DNA of 63,995 nucleotides, the filler included, from Octopus bimaculoides (Eukaryota): assembly GCF_001194135.2 (NCBI RefSeq). It is 4 parts of 4 records of this genome, joined end to end, with 100 filler letters (N's around TTAATTAATTAA, not from the genome) between each part and the next. Parts side by side here need not be neighbours in the genome. Positions count along the whole stretch, not along the records: positions 24,730 to 50,191 come from NC_068993.1; 3 more parts are not named here. One strand, given 5' to 3'. Every line of letters starts with the position of its first letter. The first letter of the stretch is position 1. Made by a program: the position numbers and the translations under genes. Below the pieces are notes generated by a model. That model worked only from the letters and a program-made list of their open reading frames with translations. It was not told the DNA's origin and ran no database searches. Positions 36,396-49,191 of the stretch are shown here, piece after piece.

Positions 36396-36663
36396 ATTAT
36401 AAATTTGAATAAATAAGATACTATAATTTGAGCATTTTTTAGAATATATTCGTTCAGACATTATTAATATATTTAATCGGAAGATTACCATTATACTGTA
36501 GTTTGGATATTATCAATATATTCCAGCTTGATGCAACGAGAACTGTTCTAAGCAGCTGATGAATTTGCTGAAGGCAACCGCCACAACAATCCTCAAATCA
36601 CACGTTAATGTTTTCGAACACAAGCAAAGACGTTGAATAATATTATTTTTAAGATCGTTATAG

Positions 36664-37230
36664 GATGATCACGATTCGAATAGCTCTTCTGAATGGCTTG
36701 AGCAGGTAAGGTGTGAGGCTATACAATAACATCAACAGCAGTAGTAGCGGCAGCAGCAGTAGCAGTAGCAGTAGTAGCAACGACAAGATCAAGATCAACA
36801 AAATTTGAAAGCGCTGTAACTTATATTGCAGTGAATTTTCACCTATATTTTCGAGTATCTGTACTTTCCTATCGTATCTGTATGATATTTAAACGACCCG
36901 GATTGTACGGAATTTTATCTGTTATTCTATAAAAGATTACAGAGAGCAAAGAAGTTAAGAAATTTAGAGAAATAACGGTGACCTGTTTGACCTAACTTTT
37001 ATTTCAAATGGTTCAGTAACTGCGTCAACGTTTAATATCTCTGTCTTCAGCTTATCGACAAGAAACCGAGTGATTTTAACACATTTGGTTTTCAGCAACC
37101 ATATTGGAAAAGTCAATTTAAGATGGCTTTTCAATTTACTTTGTGTGTTCTGGCTTCAAACAATGAAAGTCATATGGAGAAATTGGTTTTTATTCTTGAT
37201 ATTTTTTACTCCAATGGTCAAAATGAAGAT
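36664..37230 (+). CDS. Candidate three-exon run (36664-36705, 36936-36977, 37051-about 37220), product unknown
   Basis: Acceptors ttatag|, ataaaag| and ctgtcttcag|; donors CAG|gtaagg and ACG|gtgacc. All phase 0, giving DDHDSNSSEWLEQ/ITESKEVKKFREIT/LIDKKPSDFNTFGFQQPYWKSQFKMAFQFTLCVLASNNESHMEKLVFILDIFYSN. The last donor is unclear. Confidence 0.3.
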
Positions 37231-37261
37231 TATATGCGTACACACACATACACACACGCAT

Positions 37262-37326
<65 letters not shown>

Positions 37327-38049
37327 NNNNNNNNNNNNNNNNNNNNNNNNNNNNNNNNNNNNNNNNNNNNNNNNNNNNNNNNNNNNNNNNNNNNNNNNNN
37401 NNNNNNNNNNNNNNNNNNNNNNNNNNNNNNNNNNNNNNNNNNNNNNNNNNNNNNNNNNNNNNNNNNNNNNNNNNNNNNNNNNNNNNNNNNNNNNNNNNNN
37501 NNNNNNNNNNNNNNNNNNNNNNNNNNNNNNNNNNNNNNNNNNNNNNNNNNNNNNNNNNNNNNNNNNNNNNNNNNNNNNNNNNNNNNNNNNNNNNNNNNNN
37601 NNNNNNNNNNNNNNNNNNNNNNNNNNNNNNNNNNNNNNNNNNNNNNNNNNNNNNNNNNNNNNNNNNNNNNNNNNNNNNNNNNNNNNNNNNNNNNNNNNNN
37701 NNNNNNNNNNNNNNNNNNNNNNNNNNNNNNNNNNNNNNNNNNNNNNNNNNNNNNNNNNNNNNNNNNNNNNNNNNNNNNNNNNNNNNNNNNNNNNNNNNNN
37801 NNNNNNNNNNNNNNNNNNNNNNNNNNNNNNNNNNNNNNNNNNNNNNNNNNNATATATAGATACGATTATCTGGAAAATTTTAGTTCGAAGAATATGTTGG
37901 CCCAACAACTGAACGAACATTGAATTTCCATATATCTTTGCTGGGCCTCATTCAACCATATAACACTGGGGAGACGTGTGTGTTACTGAAGTTATAAGCC
38001 GAGAGCCACAATAAATTATCTAGTGATATTCATAATTACATTCTTATCA

Positions 38050-38688
38050 TTACACCGAATTCTGTTGCATCGGTCTAATGGTGTATTCATTAATTCGTGT
38101 AATGCGTATTAGCATCTGAAACATACGCCATAAATATATATGAAAAGGAGACTTTTTATCTTCATTGAATAAATGAAAGGAAATGCCTTTAAAAAAAGCA
38201 TCATAGCAGCAATCTTTCAGTGAAATTAAACTGAATATGTCATGGCAAGATAGGAAACCGGTTTCTGATATTATAGGTCGTGGAACTATCCATAGAAATT
38301 TCACTGGATTTTTAATTGAATCAGGACCTACACCAATTAATTCTACAAAAAGGTTAGGGAAGATATCGCGATCGATTGCATAAAGAGAAGAAAGAGCTAC
38401 TGAGATGAAAAATATCCCCAATTACTCACACTTCAACGCAAATCAATTGCGCCAGAAAGCTACGCTCATTGAGTAGAAATATGCTACTCTATATATCAAA
38501 CCATCTACGAAAAATGCACAGCAAATAAAAGTATTAACAGTAAATTTTGCCCTTGAGAAATTTCTCAAAATCCTGAGCCTCGACCAACGTAATAACCATA
38601 TCAAGAACACCATTACGTAAACCGCTGTAGTGAAAAATATAGTCAGATGAAAATACAAGTTCCAGCTATATTTAAGCAGAATTTTCAA
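38050..38688 (-). pseudogene. 7TM/class A GPCR-like interrupted reading frame
   Basis: ORFs 38443-38688 and 38050-38421 share a frame, with two stops 7 codons apart. Hydrophobic segments, W..C before TM3, AIDR (DRY-like), a W in TM4 and an ECL2-like Cys. Motif spacing is imperfect. Confidence 0.25.
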
Positions 38689-41153
38689 TTTTACACCAGC
38701 AAGCCATCAAAAGAAAGAACTGTTATGATACTAGTTGATAGAAAACATTGACTTGATGTTTTCCAGGATCGATCACGTTGCTCAACACCATCCAGCCTGA
38801 ATTAAATCTCTTTGCTGCTAGATATTGTATGTTTTAGCATATTGTGTTGTAATTACCATTCTCATTCAGATGGGAATAATATAGACTGATCGACGCGATA
38901 GCATACAGCCAAAATAACAAAATGGATTACTTCTCTGTGACAACACATCTGATAATTGAATACTACCATTACATGCAACGCGAACAACGAATTCACGAAC
39001 TACCGGCTACAACTTTATGGGGGCTATCCAAAATCATGTGACCTGCGAACTAGAAAGTTTGTGAATAATTTCCCTTAAATAGAACTACATGGAGCAAGTC
39101 AAAAGTAGTTTTGGTGTCATAAATTTCAAGAGCACAAGGACTATAAATCATAAGCTGGATTTAAGTATACACATTTTTAAAGAAAATATGAATGTATTAA
39201 ATCTTTCTATTCCTTTTGAATTCTCTAGAATTTTCAGTGCTTTTCTTGGAAATGTTTGCAATACTACCAAATATGGAAATGACCTGATAGATGATTATTG
39301 TTGGAGTATAGTTATGTTCTAAAAACAATAGACGTTATTCTGTCTGGATGGCAGTTATCTTAACAATATTCATACCTAAAAAAAAAAACAAACAAAGAAA
39401 ACAATACGCATTGCAGAAAGGAAAGAAAACAAAAATTACAGATCCATAGCATTAATTTTTACATAGGTGTCTTGATGTTTTTCTCCAAGCATTCTTATGA
39501 AACGCTGGGAAGCAGAACAGTTTCTGGGATCGTATAGAACATCATTTTAGCATTGAAATTTTGTTTCTAGAAACGAGGCAGCACCACCAAACTCTACCGG
39601 TTGTTTCACAAAAATACCAGACAGCGCTATGCTCAGTACCTAGCCAATGAATGCTAAGGTAATTATTGCTAACGATCCGGCTTTAATAATCGAAACCGTT
39701 GAAAGACTGATAATCAATCATAATGTGTTCTCAGTAACAACTGAAGTTACTATTATAATTACAAACAAATTTAAGTTAACGATGGAAAGAATTTGTCTGT
39801 CATTCTTCTGATCTTGGCAGTGAATTTCCTTGTCATCTCGGTTATGTAAATGCCGAATCTACATACTAGTTATGCCAAATACCCTAAAATGAAAAGAAAA
39901 AAAGAAAATCATCGTTATTTACACCCTATTATTATTATTGAGAGAGAAAATAATAACTCCTACCCTGTAATGCCTGACAGAAAATGTTGAGCAGTGCTTG
40001 TGTAGAAGACTGCACTCATAACGTCATCAGGTAACAAAAAATTGTTTGTAAAACAACTTCGTTCTCATAAGACTTATGTTAACTGTTCTTACAACAATGC
40101 TACGCACAGATGGGATTGTCTTGACGCTTAAAGCAAAGAACATCAGAAGTATAATGTATTCACACTAAAGGCGGAATATTCCAGTAAAAGCAACACTAAG
40201 TTTGCAAATGCAACAGACCTGATTTAGTTCTAGGAGCTAAAGAACAAAAGAGATCAGCTGCGAAGCAGATGTGAATTTGTCGTGTAAACATGTGGAAAAA
40301 GGAAAACATCTATGGAGAGCTAATGCATACATTGGAAAACATGTATTTTCAGGTGCACAATTTTTGTCATAGTTGCACAGGGGTATTTAATAAGAAATTT
40401 AAACAGCAACTTTTGTATATATGACATATGTACGGTGGGGTAGAAGAGTAATTACAGAAATACACACACACACATACACATTCCAAAAACATTCCTACAC
40501 ATTATATCTCTGTAAATATATCCACCGATATGCTATATATACATATATATNNNNNNNNNNNNNNNNNNNNNNNNNNNNNNNNNNNNNNNNNNNNNNNNNN
40601 NNNNNNNNNNNNNNNNNNNNNNNNNNNNNNNNNNNNNNNNNNNNNNNNNNNNNNNNNNNNNNNNNNNNNNNNNNNNNNNNNNNNNNNNNNNNNNNNNNNN
40701 NNNNNNNNNNNNNNNNNNNNNNNNNNNNNNNNNNNNNNNNNNNNNNNNNNNNNNNNNNNNNNNNNNNNNNNNNNNNNNNNNNNNNNNNNNNNNNNNNNNN
40801 NNNNNNNNNNNNNNNNNNNNNNNNNNNNNNNNNNNNNNNNNNNNNNNNNNNNNNNNNNNNNNNNNNNNNNNNNNNNNNNNNNNNNNNNNNNNNNNNNNNN
40901 NNNNNNNNNNNNNNNNNNNNNNNNNNNNNNNNNNNNNNNNNNNNNNNNNNNNNNNNNNNNNNNNNNNNNNNNNNNNNNNNNNNNNNNNNNNNNNNNNNNN
41001 NNNNNNNNNNNNNNNNNNNNNNNNNNNNNNNNNNNNNNNNNNNNNNNNNNNNNNNNNNNNNNNNNNNNNNNNNNNNNNNNNNNNNNNNNNNNNNNNNNNN
41101 NNNNNNNNNNNNNNNNNNNNNNNNNNNNNNNNNNNNNNNNNNNNNNNNNNNNN

Positions 41154-41191
<38 letters not shown>

Positions 41192-42369
41192 AAGTATATA
41201 CGCCGGTATGTATTAAGCGAAGGTTGTGTGTTATTGTAGACGTAAAATTTCCTCCAAATATATTTAGGAGTCTATCTTCGAAAGCAGCTTTATTTACTAC
41301 AAGACAGAATTATTTCTTTTACGCGATATTTAACTGATGTTCTTCTAACTGTTGAGCTCCTGGAAATCCGGTGTTAATCTCAGAAGTAGTCGTTAGTTAC
41401 TGCCTATTTATTTAGTATTTCAAATAGTTCGCATGCACCGTACAGGAGCTTCCTCGATCTATTTTTCTGTCTAGTTAACAATTGAGTAATAAAACAGGGA
41501 AATCAATAACAACAAGTCTCACAATTTGCAAATAGAACTTAAGGCAATATGGCGTACATATTTTAGTGGAAGTGAATAACAATATATTTGCTGTGAATAC
41601 ATTTATTTTATCCGACGGCATTGCGTACGTAAATGAATCAAGATGGCTTCAGAGATTGAAACCACGTGAACCACATACGATTGCCTTTAGCTTACTTTAT
41701 GTATGTATGTATATGTGTATGTATGCATGTATGTACGTATATACGTATATATNNNNNNNNNNNNNNNNNNNNNNNNNNNNNNNNNNNNNNNNNNNNNNNN
41801 NNNNNNNNNNNNNNNNNNNNNNNNNNNNNNNNNNNNNNNNNNNNNNNNNNNNTATATATATATATATATATATATTGAGCATATGTACTTACAGCCTAAA
41901 TGGCTTTCCTTGATGAGCGCTTTTTTTTTTATATACGTTGCCAATACTCTATAGATATTTATTGACAACGTCGTTATTAAGAGCTTGTTGCCATAAGGAA
42001 TATATACGTAACAACATTATACCAACGCTCCTCGTTACGTCTACCTAATATGGAGAGTAGGTTTTGACTGTATTCTACATATCTACTCGCTAATTTTCTG
42101 TTTATCGTTCGATTATCATTATTTATGTAAGATGCTGATTTTTGTACCATAATTACCGGACTTACAACTGAAAGCATAGCTTACTCTGTATAATTCGCTG
42201 ATGAAGGAGCCTGAGGAGGTCGTTATTTATGTCAAATAGTTATTGTCGTTTTATCTCGTATCGCCAGAAACATTGGATAAAAAAGAAAGTTGTGTAATAT
42301 ACTTCTAATTGATTTCAATATCTGTTTCGCAGTCTGCATCTCTACGCCTGCCGACATACCTGTCTGTTT

Positions 42370-42394
42370 CTCTATTTGTATCTATGTATGTTTC

Positions 42395-42439
<45 letters not shown>

Positions 42440-42810
42440 GTTTCCTATCTATAAATCTATGCCTGTCTGTCTATGTATAAGTATGTATGTATGTATATAT
42501 CTATCGTTCTATATGTATCTATAGGCATGTGTGCGTATTTGTATTTTATATACGTATATATATTATNNNNNNNNNNGTGTGTCTATTGCATAATATGCTT
42601 CCATTATACGCTGATTTCACTGAAATATTGTCTGATTATTGTATAAGAAAATGAGTTTATCTATCAATCAATCAGTCAATCAATCATTTTATCTATCCAT
42701 CTATCTACCTATACATATAGCTGTCTGTCTGTCTGTCTGTCTGTCTGTCTCCCTGTCTGTCTGCCTGTCTGTCTGTCTGTCTGTCTCTTTCTCTCTCTCT
42801 CACTCTGTCT
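42370..42810. repeat. (TCTA)n, (TCAA)n and (TCTG)n tetranucleotide repeats
   Basis: Seen directly. Confidence 0.85.
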
Positions 42811-44559
42811 ATCTAAAAGCCTGTCTCTGTGTTTACCGAAAATATCCATAGCACATATGCATACAGGCAATATATACAGGCAATATACAAAACATAGCAT
42901 TAATATGTACATACAGGTGCGTCCTAGGAAATTAGGATGCTATTTAAAAAACAGGACAGTTTATCGTCGTGTGTTCCGGAAACTAGGTTCCCAACGAATT
43001 TGTTTTGGGGTACAATTGCATGGGTGAGCATCTTTGACTATAGCGAAGGCAATGCCTTGGGAAGGAATTTGATGGACGCAAAATGAAAGGAAGACCGTCG
43101 AATATATATATGTATTTCATTTTCCATTTTATCTAGTTTCAGCTCATGAGCTGTGGCTATGCTGGGGTACCGCCATTTGGTGTTGCTACGTAATTTTACT
43201 TCACGAATGCTTTTCAGGAATTGACATTTGGTGCATGACAGAGTTTGATGCAGCTGCCCTCATCTGCACCTCCTGCCACAAAGTTGGTTCATCTGGGACA
43301 CTTGACAGGAGGTCTAGCTTTATATATATATATATATATATATACATAATTAATGGATTAGCAACAGTTACTTATATATNNNNNNNNNNNNNNNNNNNNN
43401 NNNNNNNNNNNNNNNNNNNNNNNNNNNNNNNNNNNNNNNNNNNNNNNNNNNNNNNNNNNNNNNNNNNNNNNNNNNNNNNNNNNNNNNNNNNNNNNNNNNN
43501 NNNNNNNNNNNNNNNNNNNNNNNNNNNNNNNNNNNNNNNNNNNNNNNNNNNNNNNNNNNNNNNNNNNNNNNNNNNNNNNNNNNNNNNNNNNNNNNNNNNN
43601 NNNNNNNNNNNNNNNNNNNNNNNNNNNNNNNNNNNNNNNNNNNNNNNNNNNNNNNNNNNNNNNNNNNNNNNNNNNNNNNNNNNNNNNNNNNNNNNNNNNN
43701 NNNNNNNNNNNNNNNNNNNNNNNNNNNNNNNNNNNNNNNNNNNNNNNNNNNNNNNNNNNNNNNNNNNNNNNNNNNNNNNNNNNNNNNNNNNNNNNNNNNN
43801 NNNNNNNNNNNNNNNNNNNNNNNNNNNNNNNNNNNNNNNNNNNNNNNNNNNNNNNNNNNNNNNNNNNNNNNNNNNNNNNNNNNNNNNNNNNNNNNNNNNN
43901 NNNNNNNNNNNNNNNNNNNNNNNNNNNNNNNNNNNNNNNNNNNNNNNNNNNNNNNNNNNNNNNNNNNNNNNNNNNNNNNNNNNNNNNNNNNNNNNNNNNN
44001 NNNNNNNNNNNNNNNNNNNNNNNNNNNNNNNNNNNNNNNNNNNNNNNNNNNNNNNNNNNNNNNNNNNNNNNNNNNNNNNNNNNNNNNNNNNNNNNNNNNN
44101 NNNNNNNNNNNNNNNNNNNNNNNNNNNNNNNNNNNNNNNNNNNNNNNNNNNNNNNNNNNNNNNNNNNNNNNNNNNNNNNNNNNNNNNNNNNNNNNNNNNN
44201 NNNNNNNNNNNNNNNNNNNNNNNNNNNNNNNNNNNNNNNNNNNNNNNNNNNNNNNNNNNNNNNNNNNNNNNNNNNNNNNNNNNNNNCACACATACACACA
44301 TATATACGTACGCGGTCCTAAACGTACACACAAACACACCCACATACATGCCCAGACACACACACGCATGTATATCTATACACATATATACGTACATATA
44401 TGCGCGTGTGTTGTGTGAACTGTATATGTATATCTCTTCGATGTGTGTGTACGTGTGTATAATTCAACACACACACATAAACACACACACCCACGCACGT
44501 GTATATGATGTAAACATACTTTTCTCTCTATATATATTGATACATTACATCTACACATA

Positions 44560-44574
44560 ACTATCTATAAAACA

Positions 44575-44626
<52 letters not shown>

Positions 44627-45604
44627 CATTTAGAGAAAGACATACAGAGAAATAGACAGAGAAAGAGAGAGATAGAGAGACAGAAAGAAAGAGAGAAAGA
44701 AAGAAAGAGTTAGATAGATAAAGAGAGAGGGAGAGAGAAGGAGAGAGGGAGAGAGAGAAGGAGAGAGGGAGAGAGAGAAGAAGAGAGGGAGAGAGAGATT
44801 GTTGATGATCGGCCTACTACACTTGAACCCTGATCCCTCTTCTTCCAGCTTCTTTCTCACCTCCGGCGAACATTCGTTTTTCACGATTTTTCTCATGGTG
44901 ATCATACTTCTTCGCAACTCCTCCCCTCTTCCACCACTACCACCACCACCACCAACACCAGAACCACCACCACCAGCACCAGCACCACCAAGACAAACAT
45001 CCCCTTCAACCTTGCAAGAAGGATATGCACANNNNNNNNNNNNNNNNNNNNNNNNNNNNNNNNNNNNNNNNNNNNNNNNNNNNNNNNNNNNNNNNNNNNN
45101 NNNNNNNNNNNNNNNNNNNNNNNNNNNNNNNNNNNNNNNNNNNNNNNNNNNNNNNNNNNNNNNNNNNNNNNNNNNNNNNNNNNNNNNNNNNNNNNNNNNN
45201 NNNNNNNNNNNNNNNNNNNNNNNNNNNNNNNNNNNNNNNNNNNNNNNNNNNNNNNNNNNNNNNNNNNNNNNNNNNNNNNNNNNNNNNNNNNNNNNNNNNN
45301 NNNNNNNNNNNNNNNNNNNNNNNNNNNNNNNNNNNNNNNNNNNNNNNNNNNNNNNNNNNNNNNNNNNNNNNNNNNNNNNNNNNNNNNNNNNNNNNNNNNN
45401 NNNNNNNNNNNNNNNNNNNNNNNNNNNNNNNNNNNNNNNNNNNNNNNNNNNNNNNNNNNNNNNNNNNNNNNNNNNNNNNNCACCACCACCACCACCACCA
45501 CCACCACCACCATCGTCTCTTCCTCGTCATCATCGTCATCACTATAACCATGATCATCATCATGAACATCACGATTGTGATCGTGACAATGATGATGATC
45601 ATTT

Positions 45605-45656
<52 letters not shown>

Positions 45657-46010
45657 GTTCTTTCATCTTTTCGGCCGTCGTCTCGTCGTCGTCATCATCA
45701 TCATCATCATCATCTGTTGCTGCTTCTACTACTGCTGCTGCTGCTGCTGCTACTACTACTACTACTACTACTACTACTGCTACTACTACTACTACTACTA
45801 CTATTCCTTTTTCATCTTCTCGGCCGACGTCTCGACATCGTCATCATCATCATCATCGTCATCATCGTCATCATCGTCATCACCACCACCACCATCATCA
45901 ACAACAACAACAACCTCATCAGTACCACTACCACCATCTTCTCCGACTTCTCCTCTTTCTCAACCTCCGTCTCCTTCTCCTTCTCCTTCTTGTCTTTCTA
46001 CTCCTTCTGC
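44560..46010. repeat. Compound microsatellite block (TCTA, GA, CAC, TAC, CAT, TGC) around an N gap
   Basis: Seen directly; it explains the poly-P/T/L/H ORFs. Confidence 0.9.
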
Positions 46011-46934
46011 TTTCCTTTTCTTCATCCCCCATCTCACATCATACCTTTCATATTAAACTGTCCAAGATTTCAACGAACCTTTAAACCTGGCTACTGTTGG
46101 CATAATTTCCATAAATAGCTTCTGTATTTGGCAGGACATAAACGAATCAGTGCGTATATGTATGTGTGTGTGTTTATCCATGCTTTGTGTATGTAGATGA
46201 GTATGTCCATTCGTATGTAAGTGTGTATGGATATGTGTACGTTTGTGTTTATGCTGATGTGTGTATGTGGTCTGTTGTATTGGCATACAGTCTCCGATTA
46301 ACAATGAGATTGATTGGACGGTATAGTGTGTGTGTATGTATGTATGTGTGTGCTTGTATATGTATGTGAGTGTGCGTGCGTGCGTGTGTGTGCTTGTGTG
46401 TGTGTGTGTGTGTGTGTGCTTGNNNNNNNNNNGTGTGCTTGTGTGTGTGTGTGTGTGTGTGTGCTTGTGTGTGTGTGTGTGTATGCGTGCTTGTAGCAAA
46501 GTTTTGTGCTCAGGTTCGGGTTGATAATATTGTTGGCTGATTTTCCCATAATACTGTTTCGCAGATGTTTCAGCTAAAATAGCATCAACAACAACTAGAG
46601 CAGTTTCCACGACGGCGACGACGATGACAATAGCTAAGACAAAAACCAACTGCAGCATGAACGAGCCGGCAAAGGAACCCTTTTCCTCATGGTGGTTGAC
46701 TTGTTAGAAATAGAAACCAAATATTCCTCAAACGTGCCCTACCGTCAAAACTGAATGTAAGCGTTAGATGATGAAGACAAGGGCCTCCTGTATGTAATAA
46801 AATCCACGGGATGGTAACGGTTGGAATGTCTTTGTCCCTAGATCTTCTCAGTCAAACCTGAGATTTAATTAACTAGCAGCAGCTGCAGAAGCCACGGCAA
46901 CGGTAACATCATCACTTGCAGCAAGCAATAACAT

Positions 46935-47447
46935 TGTGATCTCTTTTAAGGGGCCAGCCGATTAGATCGACCATAATACGCAACTGGTACTTAATCTATC
47001 GACCCCGAAAGGATGAAAGGCAAAGTCGACCTCGGCGGCATATGAACTCAGAACATAAAGACAGACGAAATACCAGTAAGCATTTCGCCCGGCGAGCTAA
47101 CGTTTCTTATTTCTTTATTGCCCACAAGGGGCTAAACACAGAGGAGACAAACAAGGACAGGCAAAGGGATTAAGTCGATTACATCGACCCCAGTGCGTAA
47201 CTGGTACTTTATTTATCGACCCCGAAAGGAGGAAAAGCAATGTCGACCTCGGCGGAATTTGAACTCAGAACGTAACGGCAGACAAAATACCGCTAAGCAT
47301 TTCGCCCTGCGTACTAACGTTTCTTATTACTGCCCACAAGGGGCTAAACATAGGGGGGACAAACGAGGACAGACAAATGGATTAATTCAATTATACCACT
47401 AGGCATTTCACCCGGCGTGCTAACGTATCTCCCAGCTCGCCGCCTTA
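46935..47447 (-). mobile_element. Head-to-tail array of three SINE family B units, two carrying the L1/Tx1-like tail
   Basis: On -: full head ggcggcgagctgg, then two junctions where the tail runs into 'agaaacgttag' (...gcaataaagaaata|agaaacgttag near 47100; ...gcagtaata|agaaacgttag near 47320). Confidence 0.88.
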
Positions 47448-47479
47448 ACCTACCTATAATATCACCATAACCATAATAT

Positions 47480-47965
47480 AGCTCCGGCACCTTCCAACAA
47501 TATCTTAATATCACTACTCCACAGAACTGCTCTTTAATGTCACCCTAAAATCAACCCATAACCCCACCTTATGAAGATCCATCCTTACGACACTGCCATT
47601 TCAACACCACTGTAAAAGCACCCATGCGATAATATTGACGTGGTAGCGCGACCGTTACAGTAACTTCTATAAAACACGACTCTTGTAACACGGACGTAAT
47701 ATTATCCCTAGCAGCAACGCACAAAGAGCAATAATCTAACAGCAACGCTCTAACACTGCCAGAACAATATTGTCAAAGAATTTTACTCGAACAACATCAA
47801 CCTGAAAACACTACCCTAACAACATATTAATAGCACTCCAAAAACATCATGTTGCAAAAGGGTCTCTCGACAACATCGCCCACAGTAATCGCCTGCAGAA
47901 CATTGCAATGATAACATTGCCCCAATACTTCCCATTATCACTGTCCGACAACACGGCCTTAACAA
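47480..47965. repeat. Decayed minisatellite-like tract (recurring aacaYYgcc / aatattgYc units)
   Basis: Repeated variants aacactgcc, aacattgcc, aacatcgcc, aacactacc and aatattgtc. Confidence 0.4.
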
Positions 47966-48774
47966 AAAAAAAAAGAAAAAAAGAAAAAGAAAAACAACAT
48001 ATTATCATTGTAACAGCAGCGATACGTTATTTGAATTATAGTTAATTGATTTAAAATTATGGTGCAATAATTGTCTATGATGTGATATTAAGGATAGTCA
48101 AATAGAAACACGTGTCAACATCTGACCCGGTTAAAAGTAAAAAAGCAAAACAAAACAATAATATCTTAAATACCTAAAAATTCCAAAATAGGATGACATG
48201 AATTATATGATTGCAGGGGGTAACAGAAACAAATCCTTGGTGAACGAGTACAAAAAGGGGCAATGAGGTTGGAGATGTGACTGAGATGAATGCAGTCAGG
48301 AGGCAGATTTCGTTTGCATCCCACCTACAACAGAAACTGTGTTAATGTTAATGAGTGCTTTTCCGTTGCTTGGATGAGAGAATCATGGAATACTGGGAAT
48401 ATGTTCTTCATATTCTAATACAATGGTTCTCAACCATTCTTTTAGCTATGTACCTCTTTGATTCCTGTGATACTTTCTGCAGGGGCTGGACAAAATAATG
48501 GAAAAATCTAGCATCATAGCATTATAATTTTGCAATATCTATAAAACCGTCAAAAGCTTGTTTATTTTTATGTATTTGTCAAGCAGAGCAAGTAGTCAGT
48601 ACGCATAGGGGAAAATCGAAAGCGAGATGTTTGGAGAATACCCATAGATACAGTTGGTAACGGTTGGACATATAGTAAGAAAGTATACTGAGAAGTGAGA
48701 TTTGCTTCTCCTAGGGCCTTATAGAGGAGATGCCTGAACACTCTATTTCCCCTGACCTCTCCTAGGAACAGCAA

Positions 48775-48961
48775 TTTCGGTAGAGGGGTAAGTCGATTAC
48801 ATTGACCACAGTGTTCAACTAGTACTTATTTCATCCACGTCGTAAAAATTAATGGCAAAGTCAACGCCGGTGGAATTTGAACTCAGAATGCGTAAAAGCG
48901 GACAAAATACCGCTAAGCACTTTTCCCAGCGTGCTAACGACTCCTCCAGCCTGCCGCCTTT
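48775..48961 (-). mobile_element. SINE family B
   Basis: Collinear with the neighbouring copy; head aggcggcaggctggag. Confidence 0.8.
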
Positions 48962-48976
48962 AGGAATGGATATATT

Positions 48977-49191
48977 CTTTTCTACTCTAGGCAAAAGACT
49001 CGAAATATTTCAGGAGGGGTCCAGTCAATTAGATCGACCTCAAGATGCAACTGGTACTTAATTTATCGATATCGAAAGGATTAAATGCAAAGTCGACCTC
49101 GGTGGAATTTGAACTCAGAACGTAAAGACAAACGAAATACCGTTAAGCAATTCGCCCGTCGTGCTAACTTTTCTACCAGCTCGCCGCCTTA
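48977..49191 (-). mobile_element. Full-length SINE family B with 15-bp TSD
   Basis: aggaatggatatatt (48962-48976) and aggattggatatatt (49192-49206), one mismatch. Confidence 0.88.

Noticed and set aside
39571-39658. Strong-looking acceptor/donor pair (tttctag| ... AAG|gtaatt)
   Set aside because: All three frames contain stops; this shows how easily such sites arise by chance here.
42195-42225. CTGATGAAGGAGCCTGAGG (hammerhead-like)
   Set aside because: GAAA is replaced by GAGG and no stem I can be drawn.
44799-46118. Proline/His/Thr-rich 439-aa ORF resembling a mucin or extensin
   Set aside because: It is translation of compound trinucleotide microsatellites across an N gap.
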